Source of the DNA: Verrucomicrobiota bacterium
Lineage (GTDB): Bacteria; Verrucomicrobiota; Verrucomicrobiia; Opitutales; Coraliomargaritaceae
Assembly (NCBI GenBank): GCA_039815375.1
Contig: JBCBZJ010000029.1
Coordinates: 1-30,971 of the forward strand
DNA length: 30,971 nt
Direction of reading: 5' to 3'
Below the pieces are notes generated by a model. The model was not told the origin of the DNA, did not search any database, and saw only the letters and a list, made by a program, of their open reading frames with translations. This document shows positions 8,219 through 17,737 of the stretch, piece by piece (positions within the stretch are counted from its first letter, which is position 1; each line of letters begins with the position of its first letter). Made by a program: the position numbers and the translations under genes.

Positions 8219-9742
8219 CTATCTGGAATAACTTACAAAAGCAACTTTTCGACTATCAGGAGACCAGGAAGGTACATTGATCGTTCCCTGACCACCAAAG
8301 AGATAAGCAATGACCTCGGGCTTTGGCTCTGTATCTTCAAGCGACATCCTTCTCAGCATTACTTTCTTATAGCGTGGATGAGCATTCAGGCCGATTGTGC
8401 CTGGATATGAAAGAAAGACCATCCACTTTCCATCGGGTGAGATGTGTGGAAACCAATCATAGTATTCATCATCGGTCAGTTCCTGGCGCTCCGTCCGATC
8501 CGGACGTATTCGCCAGATATTCATCGAGCCCGACTGGCTGCCATTATAGTAAATCCAATCGCCTCTTGGGTCGCACTCTGGGCCGTCCACGTGGCCATAG
8601 TCAAAGGTGGTGATTGGGGTTTCAACACGGGTTTCGATATCGGCCATGTAGATGTTGAAAGGCATGCCCGGATCCCGTTTCGCCACATAGAGGACCTCTC
8701 TATTGTTCGGCATCCAGCCGTGCCAGTAGGAAGGAGCTCGCTCGGTAACGAGACTTGGCGTTCCGCCTTCTAGCGGCAGCACATATACCGCCGATCCCTT
8801 GTCGCCGCTTTCCAAGCTGCTCGAATGAGAGATTGCCATCCAACGACCATCGAATGAAATGCCATGATCATTGTTGATTCTATCTGCGAAGCCGGTATCG
8901 ATCTGTTCCGGTTCTCCACCGGATACTGGGATTCTGTATAATCGGCCCTGCATATTGATAATCAAGCCGGTTCCGTCCGGGGTCCAGTTCGGTGCTTCAA
9001 ATCGATTTGGACTTTCCCAAACAAGCTCACGCTGCCCTGTGAATACGTCCATCACTTCCAGTCGTGAACCTAGAGCCCGGTTGTTCTTGGTTTTATAGTT
9101 ATCGGGTACATGGCGCTCTACTCGGACATTCCAGATCCGGGCCGATCCTGACACAGCAGCGTCTTGGGAAGAGACGAACAATCCGGCAAACACATTGCCG
9201 CCCAGAACTTCCATTTTTTGGCGCCCCAATTCCTTTAGCGGCTCTCCTGGAAACGCCGCGCGAAAGGTGTAGAGATCACCCTGGCGTTCCACCTGCAAAA
9301 TCGAAAGAAAGCGTTTTTGGGCGTCAATCGGCTGTGTGAGCATGGTGGCTCCTGCCTTGAGTCGATACTGAGCCACTGCCAAAAGGTTACTATGTAGCGT
9401 GCCGGTGAACATCGCCGCATCATCATCTAACGATTCCCGAACCATCCAACCCATCTTGCTTGGGGTCTTCTGTTGCCCGATAAACTCAAAATTTGCAGTC
9501 AGCAGAAAATCGCCCTTCAATTCTCCATACTGGAAATTGCACGCATCGCGGTCTTTCCAGGCAGTCGATCCTGCCCCTTGCTGGATGAAGGCCTGATCGA
9601 TCGGATTGTACTCAATGCCGCCTTTAATCTTAGGGTCTCCAATATCTATATTACTCGAAATCATCTTGCCAGGATCTATGGTTGCATAAGCCATTGATAA
9701 GTTGACTATAAAAATGCCTATGACCTCAAAGTAGAACTTCAT
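8219..9742 (-). CDS. Exported TolB-like beta-propeller (PD40-type repeats) with an N-terminal beta-sandwich domain
   Basis: Repeats EAPNWTPDG, HGISFDG, DGPECDPRG, WFPHISPDG, NVPSWSPDS. The N-terminal GDFLLTA...KMGWMVRESL...LQVERQGD...AGLFVSS region resembles a DUF1349/lectin-like fold. Confidence 0.8.
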   Translation of the reverse strand: MKFYFEVIGIFIVNLSMAYATIDPGKMISSNIDIGDPKIKGGIEYNPIDQAFIQQGAGSTAWKDRDACNFQYGELKGDFLLTANFEFIGQQKTPSKMGWMVRESLDDDAAMFTGTLHSNLLAVAQYRLKAGATMLTQPIDAQKRFLSILQVERQGDLYTFRAAFPGEPLKELGRQKMEVLGGNVFAGLFVSSQDAAVSGSARIWNVRVERHVPDNYKTKNNRALGSRLEVMDVFTGQRELVWESPNRFEAPNWTPDGTGLIINMQGRLYRIPVSGGEPEQIDTGFADRINNDHGISFDGRWMAISHSSSLESGDKGSAVYVLPLEGGTPSLVTERAPSYWHGWMPNNREVLYVAKRDPGMPFNIYMADIETRVETPITTFDYGHVDGPECDPRGDWIYYNGSQSGSMNIWRIRPDRTERQELTDDEYYDWFPHISPDGKWMVFLSYPGTIGLNAHPRYKKVMLRRMSLEDTEPKPEVIAYLFGGQGTINVPSWSPDSRKVAFVSYSR

Positions 9743-9839
9743 GCATTTCTCTATTCAATGGATTAAGCGGAGATCGTGCTCTGCGGTAAATTTCCTGGTC
9801 TTTGAAACTATAATTGAAGATTTTTTGCGAATTAGACGT

Positions 9840-11294
9840 CTATTTATTCTTTGTGAAACGTAGATTCTTACGGGTTGATGCAAACGGCTCCAGTTTTGCT
9901 TTCAAATCGGCAATGATGGTTTTGTGCTTTGGATTTTTCGCAAGATTCGTGACTTCGTCTGGATCGTTTTTATGGTCGTAGAGTTCCGTCCCCGCAATCC
10001 TTCCGCTTTTTTCATACCATTCGGTGTAGCGCCAATCGTCGGTGCGAATCGAGTAGCCCTGTGCATTCGCATTATGCACAACCTGCGTAAAGGCGGGCTT
10101 ATTCCATACAGTAGCCGGGTTTTTCAAGAGTGGACGAAGACTACTGCCATCCAGTTGCTCGGGCACTTCAAATCCCGAGATGTCAACAAGAGTAGGGTAG
10201 AGATCCAGCAGCTCTACCGTGGCCTGATTCACCTGACCTTGGGAAATCCCAGGCCCGGCTATCAACAGGGGCACACGGGCAGAGCGCTCGAAGTTCTTTC
10301 GCTTAAACCATAGGCCCTTTTCGCCGAGAAAATAGCCATGGTCCGACCAGAAGACGATGAGCGTATTTTCTAGCAGACCGTTTTTCTCAAGGGCGTCGAT
10401 CAAGCGGCCGACTTGAGCGTCAACGAATGAGTTACAGGCATAGTAAGCTTGCTTACATTTACGGGCTTCATCGACAGTCACTCCCTTAAAATAATAGGGC
10501 CACCGCTTGTTCGTATCACGCTGCACCGCCATTGGTGGCACATCCTCCAGTTCCTTCTTAGCCTCATCGAGTGGCTGCATCGTGATTTCATCCATTGGAT
10601 AGAGGTCAAAATATTTCTTCGGGGCCACGTAAGGGCAGTGGGGATTGTAGAAGCCCGCCGCAATGAAGAAGGGTTCATCCTTATGCTCTTTGATGAGTTC
10701 AATGACCTTGCTGGCTACCTTGCCATCGGTATGATCCTCATCCTCACTGACCGGATCCCAATAGGCCATGGAAATACCCAATCCGCCTTTTCTACCTGTT
10801 TTACCCCCTGGGAAACGAATGATTTTCTCTTCCTGCTGCTTATCAATTCCTACTGGATTAAAGCGTTCCTGCCAAGTGAGGGCGTCATCATTTCCATTGG
10901 AACCGATGCTGCCCGGATTATTGTAATGGTAGACTTTGCCAACTCTTGCCACGTAGTAACCCTGCTTTTGGAAAAACTGTCCCATTGTCTCCACATTGGG
11001 CCGAAGTTGACGGAGGTCATTTTTATTGCCTACGAAGCCGGTCGTATTAGGGCGCAAGCCAGTCATCACACTGGCACGGCTGGGACCGCAGAGTGGCTGT
11101 TGGCAATAAGCCTTATCGAAACGCACGCCCATTTCGGCCAGTCGTTCCAGATGGGGGGTTTTGACCTGCGGATTTCCGTATACCCCCAGGTCATTGTTCA
11201 AATCATCCGCAGAAATAAAAAGTATATTGGGCGGTTTTGCCCAGCCGTTAATCATCCCCAATACAAGGCCTAAAACTAATATCTTTTTTTGCAT
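9840..11294 (-). CDS. S1 sulfatase, iduronate-2-sulfatase-like (S1_7-like)
   Basis: PNILFISADDLN, QPLCGPSRASVMTGLRP, GKVYH, GFYNPHCP, FWSDHGYFLGEKGLW, RYTEW, ELYDHKNDPDE. Confidence 0.93.
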   Translation of the reverse strand: MQKKILVLGLVLGMINGWAKPPNILFISADDLNNDLGVYGNPQVKTPHLERLAEMGVRFDKAYCQQPLCGPSRASVMTGLRPNTTGFVGNKNDLRQLRPNVETMGQFFQKQGYYVARVGKVYHYNNPGSIGSNGNDDALTWQERFNPVGIDKQQEEKIIRFPGGKTGRKGGLGISMAYWDPVSEDEDHTDGKVASKVIELIKEHKDEPFFIAAGFYNPHCPYVAPKKYFDLYPMDEITMQPLDEAKKELEDVPPMAVQRDTNKRWPYYFKGVTVDEARKCKQAYYACNSFVDAQVGRLIDALEKNGLLENTLIVFWSDHGYFLGEKGLWFKRKNFERSARVPLLIAGPGISQGQVNQATVELLDLYPTLVDISGFEVPEQLDGSSLRPLLKNPATVWNKPAFTQVVHNANAQGYSIRTDDWRYTEWYEKSGRIAGTELYDHKNDPDEVTNLAKNPKHKTIIADLKAKLEPFASTRKNLRFTKNK

Positions 11295-11575
11295 AATCGT
11301 ATAATCATTTATTCTTCTGCGAGGTAATACTCTTAAAGTAGCGTATTATTCTGGGGTACGAGTTGGGTCGCCACTTGATAAAAGCGACGGTGGACTCGTT
11401 CACTTAGGGCATTTCAAATCAACTGCAATCAGCAGGCAGTGCAAGACATCGTTGACACCTTTCCAGTCAGAAGGATCCTTTTTTTGCAATAAGCCTCCAG
11501 TGTGTGTTACTTCGCTTCTGAGTGCATTACACCTGTCCTAAGGGGAGTGTCTCGGGGAAAAAACGTCATGGATGC

Positions 11576-14500
11576 TCAGTTTTCAGATGGTTGAATCCTG
11601 ATTCTAATGAAGCGGGCACCTTCTTGAATTGCAAAGCCGAGGTGACAGAATTCGTAGTCTTCGTCGAGGTCCTCGGTTGTGATGTCGGTCGGACGATAGG
11701 GTGTTTCAACAAGCTCAACATCGCCCCAGTCGGTCAGGTCACTACTTGTCATGACGACGTAGTCATATTCAGTTTGGGTCTTGTGACGGACATAGGTGAA
11801 CGTGAATGAGCCATCGTCTTCAGTCCTTAGCACAGGTAGGCCGGGAGCAGCGTCTGTGCCGTAGATCAGGCGCGGGACGTCGTATTTACTCGGGTCGTCG
11901 AGACCGAATAGGAAGTAGGCGATGTTGGCGAGGCCATTGCCGGACCTGTCAACCATGTCCTCGGAACCATCTTCCGCGAGCCCGTAGTCTTGACGGAAGA
12001 TTTGCACCGGATCTGCCGGTGGGTTTAAGCTGAGCGTAGTTATTGCCAGATAAACGTCATCGATCTGAGCATACTTGTTCTTGCTTGCATTGGAGCTGCT
12101 GAGGAAGCGCATGAAGAGATGCTTGCCTACACCGTCGGTCGTACTGCTGTCGAGTGCGTCAGTGACAGCAGCCAGCTCCCAAGTGTTGTTGGTGGTTTCA
12201 ACCACATCCAGTGTGAGAACAACGGATGGCGTGCCGCCAATGAGATTATCATCGGTATAATACAGTTCTGCAATCATGTGCATGTTGCTATTCCAACCGC
12301 CACCATCTCTCCAATTGAACTCCAGGTTGAAGCCAGTCTCGGTGCCCGTTATTACATAACCGGTATCCTGGCTGAAGATCATCGATCCGTTGTAGCCGGC
12401 AACAGGTCCATTTATGTAAGTATCTGCGTTACCGTTATCATCGCTGATTACATACCATATTGTAGTTCCTCCGGATCCCATGTCGCCATCACGTAAGCTA
12501 CCGCTTGATCCTGGGCGATCAGCATAATCAATCAGAACTTCCTGAACGACGGTAAAGACGCTGATGTTTAAGGTCGCTGTGTCGGTGTATTCGCCATCAC
12601 TCACCTGGACGGTCCATGAGTGGGCACCTGCTTCGGACGCGCTGGGTGTGCCGCTGAGCGTGCCGTCAGGAGCAATCGTTAGCCAGTCCGTGCCCGATCC
12701 GCTATCGCGGCTGATTTTGCTGTAGGTTAGCGGATCGCTTTCAGGATCGGTCGCACTGTCTTCGATGGTGTCACTGTAAGCGATGTTCTGTGTCGCAATG
12801 GATACATTGATTGGGTCGGCGTTAAATGCCGGCGGATCGTTCACCGGAGCTCCGGGGTAAGAGGCGTAGAGTTCCGCAACCTGCTGATCACCGAATGCAA
12901 CATCGTAGACGCGGAGATCGTCGATCAGGCCGTCGAAATAAGGAGAACCATTTCGGTCTACGCCCAGCTGGATGCGGCTAAAGGTGTTACCTAGATCAGA
13001 CGTAGCTCCGGCGAATACTCCATTGCGATAGATTCGAGTGGAAATTCCATCGCAGGAGACGACAAGGTGCGCCCAGTCGAGGCCCATTGGTCCTATTTCG
13101 AAGCTATCGCTAGCCTGGTAACGGTAATTGTTGCCATTTATGACGTCGATCTTGAAGCCGGTTGCGTCGCTGTTGTTGTTAAACACTCCAGCATACTGCA
13201 CTTGTGTTTCCACGTTGGATTTGACCCATAGGGATACGGTGTATTGCTGCCAGGCTTTTTCGGAGATGTTCTTATTTACGGTATCATTACTGCCGTCGAA
13301 GGAGAGCGCGCCGCCATCGATGCCATCGACCCAGCTCGCACCGTTGATTGTTCCGTTGGTGCCGTTTCCGGAACTGTCGGTAGCCGTAGTACCTGAGCCG
13401 TCGTCGAACTTCCAATGTAGAGAAAGGTCAGGCTCGGCTTCCACTTCAATTGTTATCGTTGCAGTATCCATGCCGCCGTTACCGTCGGAGACCTGAATGG
13501 TAAATGAATTCGAGCCGAGATCACCTGCCAACGGTGTGCCGCCGAGCGTGCCGTCGGTAGCGACGCTCAGCCATGCCGGGCCGCCGGTTTTGATGTAGGT
13601 CAATACATCACCGTCAGTATCGACGACGTGGCGGGTCAGAGTATAGCTATAGGGGGCATCCTGTACTGCGTCCGGTCCGCTGAACGGAGAGACATCGATA
13701 AAGGTTGGCTTGTAATTTGTCGGGGCACCGCCCGGATACTCCCAGGGAGAGAGATAGGCGTTGCTAATAACGGTTCGTTCAATGCCGGGGCCGGACCAAG
13801 CTGCGGAAGCGGATTCTGCGAAACCATTGGCTGTTACGTGCAGGAGTTCGATGTAGTATTTCTGCCCAGCGGTGAGGTCGAAGCTTACCGACTGCTGCTC
13901 GGGAGCATTATCCCAATTATTGGTACCGGAAGGCGTGTAAGCAATGCGGGTGGCATTGGCTGGGTCTTCATCCGTACTGAGCCACAGTTCCGCATTGTTA
14001 TTGCCCGCGACCCAGAAGGTATAGCTGCCCGTGACCGGTGGGTGAACATAGCCACGGACGCGCGTTCCGTAATTGTCTGCCCAATCGAATGGTATCTCGA
14101 GGCTTGTCAGTTGATTGCTACCTGAAGGGTTGTCGGGGTAGTCTTCGTGGTCGGTAAGATTGGAGATATAACCTCCCCAGAATCCTCGCCACCACTCACG
14201 TAAAATACTGCCTTCAACCTGGATATTGAGGGTGGCGGTCTGAGTCAGTCCGTTGGCGTCTTCCGTTTCGATAGTAAAGGAGTTTAGGCCAATGTTTTCG
14301 GTTAGGGGTGTACCGCTGAGCGTGCCGTCGGTGGCAACGACCAGCCAGTCTACTCCACCAATCTTGCGCCAGGCTACCAACGTGTCGCCGGCATCCGGAT
14401 CGAACGCAGCATCGGTTATAGAGTCGCTGTATGCGGCTCCTGCGACTCCATTGGTGGCACTGAAAGGATCACTGTAAAATTGCGGTGGATCGTTGGTGTC

Positions 14501-17500
14501 TACCACCCTGATTGTGAGGGTTGCTTCGTCGTAGCCAGTCTTGCCATCGAAGACCTGGACAGTGAAGGAGCCGGTCCCCAAATCACTCGTCGCCGGTGTG
14601 CCACCAAGTGTACCGTCAGCGTTCACAATCAACCACTCTGGACCATTGAGTTTGCTGTAGGTGAGCACGTTGTTGTCCGCATCCGTAGCGCTGCCTGCAA
14701 TTGTGTCGCTATAGGGTGTATTGTCGGGAGCGTTCGATGCGCTGAACGGATCGTTGGTAAAGACCGGTGGGATGTTGAGGTCAATTACCGTAATCGTCAA
14801 AGTGGCTTCATCGGAACCGCCCTTACGGTCGCCCGTAATAATTGTAAAGGTGTTCTCGCCTTCGTCACTCTTGGTGGGGATGCCACCGAGGGTGCCGTCA
14901 GCGTTCACAATCAACCAATCCGGACCGTCTTTCTTGTAATAGAAGACGGTATCGCCATCCGGGTCCGTGGCGCCGTCAACGATTGAGCCACTATAAGAAT
15001 CAAGCACGTTAGCGGCCGTGGAACTGAGAGGGTTGGTGAGGAAGGCTGGTGCGTTGTTGCCCGGAGCAGGAACCCAGGGAGATAGATAAGCGCCATCGAT
15101 AATCGTCTTATCGAAGTCGGGTCCAGACCAATGCACATAGACATTGTCGTTGGCTCGGTTTTCCCGGTGCAGCACTTCAATGTAAAGGATATCACCGGCA
15201 AGGAGCTCCAAGCGGTTACGTTCTGGATCTCCCAAATCTTCAGCGATTTTTCGTTTCGTGGCTGGATCGTCGTGGGTGCCAAGCCAAAGTTCCGCCCGAT
15301 CATCCGCCGAAAGCCAGAACTCGTAGGTGCCGCTTTCACGAATATGTAGGTAACCAGCGGTCTTGGCGCCGTATCGATCACCTACAGTATTGTATGTGAG
15401 CTCGGTCAGTTCAATGGTCGCATTCGGGTTATCGGGAAAGTCGGGATCAGAAGTCAGATCAGTAATCGCATTTCTGCCAGCTTGGAACCCTGTCCAGATT
15501 TCCCGCAGAATCGTTCCGCTGCCGCCCGGTGAGAGAATGGAGATGCTTATGTTCGCCGTATTAGCCCCGCCTTCGGAGTCGGTCACCTCGACCGTGACGT
15601 CATGAATGCCTGCATCAGCTAGAGTAGGGGTGCCGGTGAGTGTGCCGTCCGAGTTGACGGTCAACCAGGCAGGACCATCAACTTTGCCGAAGGTAAGTGC
15701 ATCGCCTTCAAGATCTTTGGCCCAGTCGGCAACCGTTCCTACATAGGCGACGTCGGTGTTTCCTTTGGGGGCGTCGAAGCTGTCCTCGACAAAGTAAGGT
15801 GGATAATTGGTTTGAACGCTATCTACGGTCACATCAAGCGTGGCATTGCGTGTTGTCGATCCGTCCATGACCTGCACGTTGAGTGTGTAGTTTCCGGTCA
15901 GGCTGAAGCCCACAGTTGTTTCGAGGGCGTTGGCATCCTGAAAGGTCACGTTACCTGGACCTGTCAGCTTTGACCAGGTCACGGTGATACCATTATCGAG
16001 CATTCTGAGTTCACGCACTACAGCTTTTACTTTAAACAGTTCACTGTAAGGCGATTCGCGATTCCAAGCCACGAGTGGAGAACCGAACAACCCGTTGCCT
16101 GACCATGATGAGAGCTCATCCCATATGCCACCTTCGAGCTGCTCGGGAACAATGACATTCTGCATGGCGTCCCAACCGAGGCGATCCCTCAGCTGTGTAT
16201 AGTAGAGAGAGCGCGGGGTTACGAATGTGGGGCTTCCTTGTGCGCTGCTATTGAATTCGACAAATCCCTGAGGGTGATCTTCTTTGACTCTGATTTTAGC
16301 AAAATTGCCGATAGACCAGCTCATAGCGCTAACAGGCGCTTCGATCATTTGCCCGAAATTGGGGCTGCTCCTGTTGGTTGCATGGTTGTTCCAGAGCATG
16401 ATCTGCGCCCCGGTCCAGCCATGTCCACTACTGGCACCTCCCTGACCCCGGTCACGAACGTCAACCCGGTTCGTTTTGATATTATCATAAATCTGGCCTA
16501 TTGCCCAACGGTGATGGGGGCCGGTAGCTGCAGCGTTGTCTTCGCCAAGGCAGTCGACAAAGGCGAGAGGTCCAGGAGTAAACGAACCGGTTTGAATGAA
16601 GCGTATGTTATCCTTGCCCCATATTCGGTGCACGAGGATGTTCTGCGCATCGTCGATGGCTACGGCAGCACTGGAAGTGCGGTCTCCGGTTACAATGTCG
16701 TAGCTGGCGCAATCTTCAACAGTCCCAAAGATACTCCTTCCAGAAATTTGAGCCGTGCGTGACTGGAAAAAACGCGATGTAATTTGCCGAATCCAGAAAT
16801 CCCGTGCTGCCCATGCCACCGCCGTAAACCGTGCGTGGTCATTATCCTCCGGTCCCTCAAAGGTGGATTCGAAATAGATGTTTTCGACTCCTATCCGTCT
16901 GGTGACTGATTCGTGCTCGACTCGTGAGACATAGCAACCGGTGCCACCATTCTCAGTATAAGCATAGTAGGGATCGTATTGCTGGAAAAGACCTGAATGA
17001 AGGAATAGTTCGTTACCCTCGACCTTTGTAACGAAATGCCGAATGCTCGTATCATAGGGGGCAGACCAATTGGCTATCGTATCAATATCCGTTATCCATT
17101 GATTATTGAAGGCGTAGTAAATATTGATTTCATCACCTGCGCGAAAGATGGAACCATCTTCGACCTTAATGGATTTAGAACCGACGGGAATATAATCGGT
17201 GCCCACCATGTTTGTGCCTTCGACTGCAGTAAATCCCGAACCCTGACCCATGGCGACGGCATGAACTCCACCGGCAACATCGACAATTACCTTTGTTCCA
17301 CCGGTCAAGCGATTACCGGAGCCACGCAGCACGACACCGTCATCAATGAGCAGTAGTGTGTCGGTTGTCGTAAAAGTGCCTGGCTCAAGCAGGACGGCTC
17401 CACGGAAACCATTTTCGTCCATCGGCATGTCGCCGACAGCATCGATCGCAGCCTGGATGGCCGCAGTATCGTCACCGCCGCTGGGTGATACGGTAATTTT

Positions 17501-17737
17501 GGCCTCAACAAAGGGAATCGGCACGCCGCCGCCTTTGTAGCCGGCGCGTGAGTAGTCGGGCACGACATTACCGCGATTTTCACCTTCCTGCCCGTTGTTG
17601 TCGTAGGGTGTATATTCGAGTTTGCCGTCCACTTCGTAGATCAACGAACTGGTCGCTGCGGGTAGATCGGAACGAACCAGACTACCTATGGCGAGGGCTG
17701 TAAAAAATGTGATGCGAAACATTTTTACTAGAGACAT
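11576..17737 (-). CDS. 2053-aa secreted modular protein: parallel beta-helix (pectate-lyase-superfamily-like) head, PKD-like domain, 6 cadherin/He_PIG-like Ig repeats, 2 PA14 domains, LamG domain, unknown domain, conserved C-terminal domain
   Basis: Signal peptide; VPDYSRAGYKGGG...DDTAAIQAAID...GAVLLEPGTF (beta-helix N-cap); WSKLTGPGNVTF (PKD); repeats N.PP.F...ATD.D.D.L.Y.K..GP.WL.V..DGTL.GTP; PA14 GTYEFWLSADDRAELWL and GSYTFWVAGNNNAELWL; LamG HWKFDDGSGTTATDSSGNG...FDGLIDDLRVY. Confidence 0.85.
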   Translation of the reverse strand: MSLVKMFRITFFTALAIGSLVRSDLPAATSSLIYEVDGKLEYTPYDNNGQEGENRGNVVPDYSRAGYKGGGVPIPFVEAKITVSPSGGDDTAAIQAAIDAVGDMPMDENGFRGAVLLEPGTFTTTDTLLLIDDGVVLRGSGNRLTGGTKVIVDVAGGVHAVAMGQGSGFTAVEGTNMVGTDYIPVGSKSIKVEDGSIFRAGDEINIYYAFNNQWITDIDTIANWSAPYDTSIRHFVTKVEGNELFLHSGLFQQYDPYYAYTENGGTGCYVSRVEHESVTRRIGVENIYFESTFEGPEDNDHARFTAVAWAARDFWIRQITSRFFQSRTAQISGRSIFGTVEDCASYDIVTGDRTSSAAVAIDDAQNILVHRIWGKDNIRFIQTGSFTPGPLAFVDCLGEDNAAATGPHHRWAIGQIYDNIKTNRVDVRDRGQGGASSGHGWTGAQIMLWNNHATNRSSPNFGQMIEAPVSAMSWSIGNFAKIRVKEDHPQGFVEFNSSAQGSPTFVTPRSLYYTQLRDRLGWDAMQNVIVPEQLEGGIWDELSSWSGNGLFGSPLVAWNRESPYSELFKVKAVVRELRMLDNGITVTWSKLTGPGNVTFQDANALETTVGFSLTGNYTLNVQVMDGSTTRNATLDVTVDSVQTNYPPYFVEDSFDAPKGNTDVAYVGTVADWAKDLEGDALTFGKVDGPAWLTVNSDGTLTGTPTLADAGIHDVTVEVTDSEGGANTANISISILSPGGSGTILREIWTGFQAGRNAITDLTSDPDFPDNPNATIELTELTYNTVGDRYGAKTAGYLHIRESGTYEFWLSADDRAELWLGTHDDPATKRKIAEDLGDPERNRLELLAGDILYIEVLHRENRANDNVYVHWSGPDFDKTIIDGAYLSPWVPAPGNNAPAFLTNPLSSTAANVLDSYSGSIVDGATDPDGDTVFYYKKDGPDWLIVNADGTLGGIPTKSDEGENTFTIITGDRKGGSDEATLTITVIDLNIPPVFTNDPFSASNAPDNTPYSDTIAGSATDADNNVLTYSKLNGPEWLIVNADGTLGGTPATSDLGTGSFTVQVFDGKTGYDEATLTIRVVDTNDPPQFYSDPFSATNGVAGAAYSDSITDAAFDPDAGDTLVAWRKIGGVDWLVVATDGTLSGTPLTENIGLNSFTIETEDANGLTQTATLNIQVEGSILREWWRGFWGGYISNLTDHEDYPDNPSGSNQLTSLEIPFDWADNYGTRVRGYVHPPVTGSYTFWVAGNNNAELWLSTDEDPANATRIAYTPSGTNNWDNAPEQQSVSFDLTAGQKYYIELLHVTANGFAESASAAWSGPGIERTVISNAYLSPWEYPGGAPTNYKPTFIDVSPFSGPDAVQDAPYSYTLTRHVVDTDGDVLTYIKTGGPAWLSVATDGTLGGTPLAGDLGSNSFTIQVSDGNGGMDTATITIEVEAEPDLSLHWKFDDGSGTTATDSSGNGTNGTINGASWVDGIDGGALSFDGSNDTVNKNISEKAWQQYTVSLWVKSNVETQVQYAGVFNNNSDATGFKIDVINGNNYRYQASDSFEIGPMGLDWAHLVVSCDGISTRIYRNGVFAGATSDLGNTFSRIQLGVDRNGSPYFDGLIDDLRVYDVAFGDQQVAELYASYPGAPVNDPPAFNADPINVSIATQNIAYSDTIEDSATDPESDPLTYSKISRDSGSGTDWLTIAPDGTLSGTPSASEAGAHSWTVQVSDGEYTDTATLNISVFTVVQEVLIDYADRPGSSGSLRDGDMGSGGTTIWYVISDDNGNADTYINGPVAGYNGSMIFSQDTGYVITGTETGFNLEFNWRDGGGWNSNMHMIAELYYTDDNLIGGTPSVVLTLDVVETTNNTWELAAVTDALDSSTTDGVGKHLFMRFLSSSNASKNKYAQIDDVYLAITTLSLNPPADPVQIFRQDYGLAEDGSEDMVDRSGNGLANIAYFLFGLDDPSKYDVPRLIYGTDAAPGLPVLRTEDDGSFTFTYVRHKTQTEYDYVVMTSSDLTDWGDVELVETPYRPTDITTEDLDEDYEFCHLGFAIQEGARFIRIRIQPSEN
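11579..12010 (-). repeat. Shared C-terminal domain, copy 1 (paralogous to 28280..28711)
   Basis: 144 aa aligned without gaps to the C-terminus of the 28277 protein; 37 mismatches by manual count. Confidence 0.95.

Noticed and set aside
10449..11273. 274-aa plus-strand ORF and the many other short ORFs overlapping the long genes
   Set aside because: Antisense or alternate-frame shadows of well-supported genes, with no recognisable motifs.
11365..11555. Possible IS3-like remnant (CCCCTTAGGACAGGTG end-like sequence; VNESTVAFIKWR helix-turn-helix-like peptide on the minus strand)
   Set aside because: No partner inverted repeat, target duplication or continuous frame; too weak without an ISfinder search.
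12555..15810. Recurrent nucleotide motifs as a CRISPR or non-coding repeat array
   Set aside because: They are the coding Ig repeats (WL.V..DGTL.GTP), degenerate at third positions; no spacer structure or cas genes.
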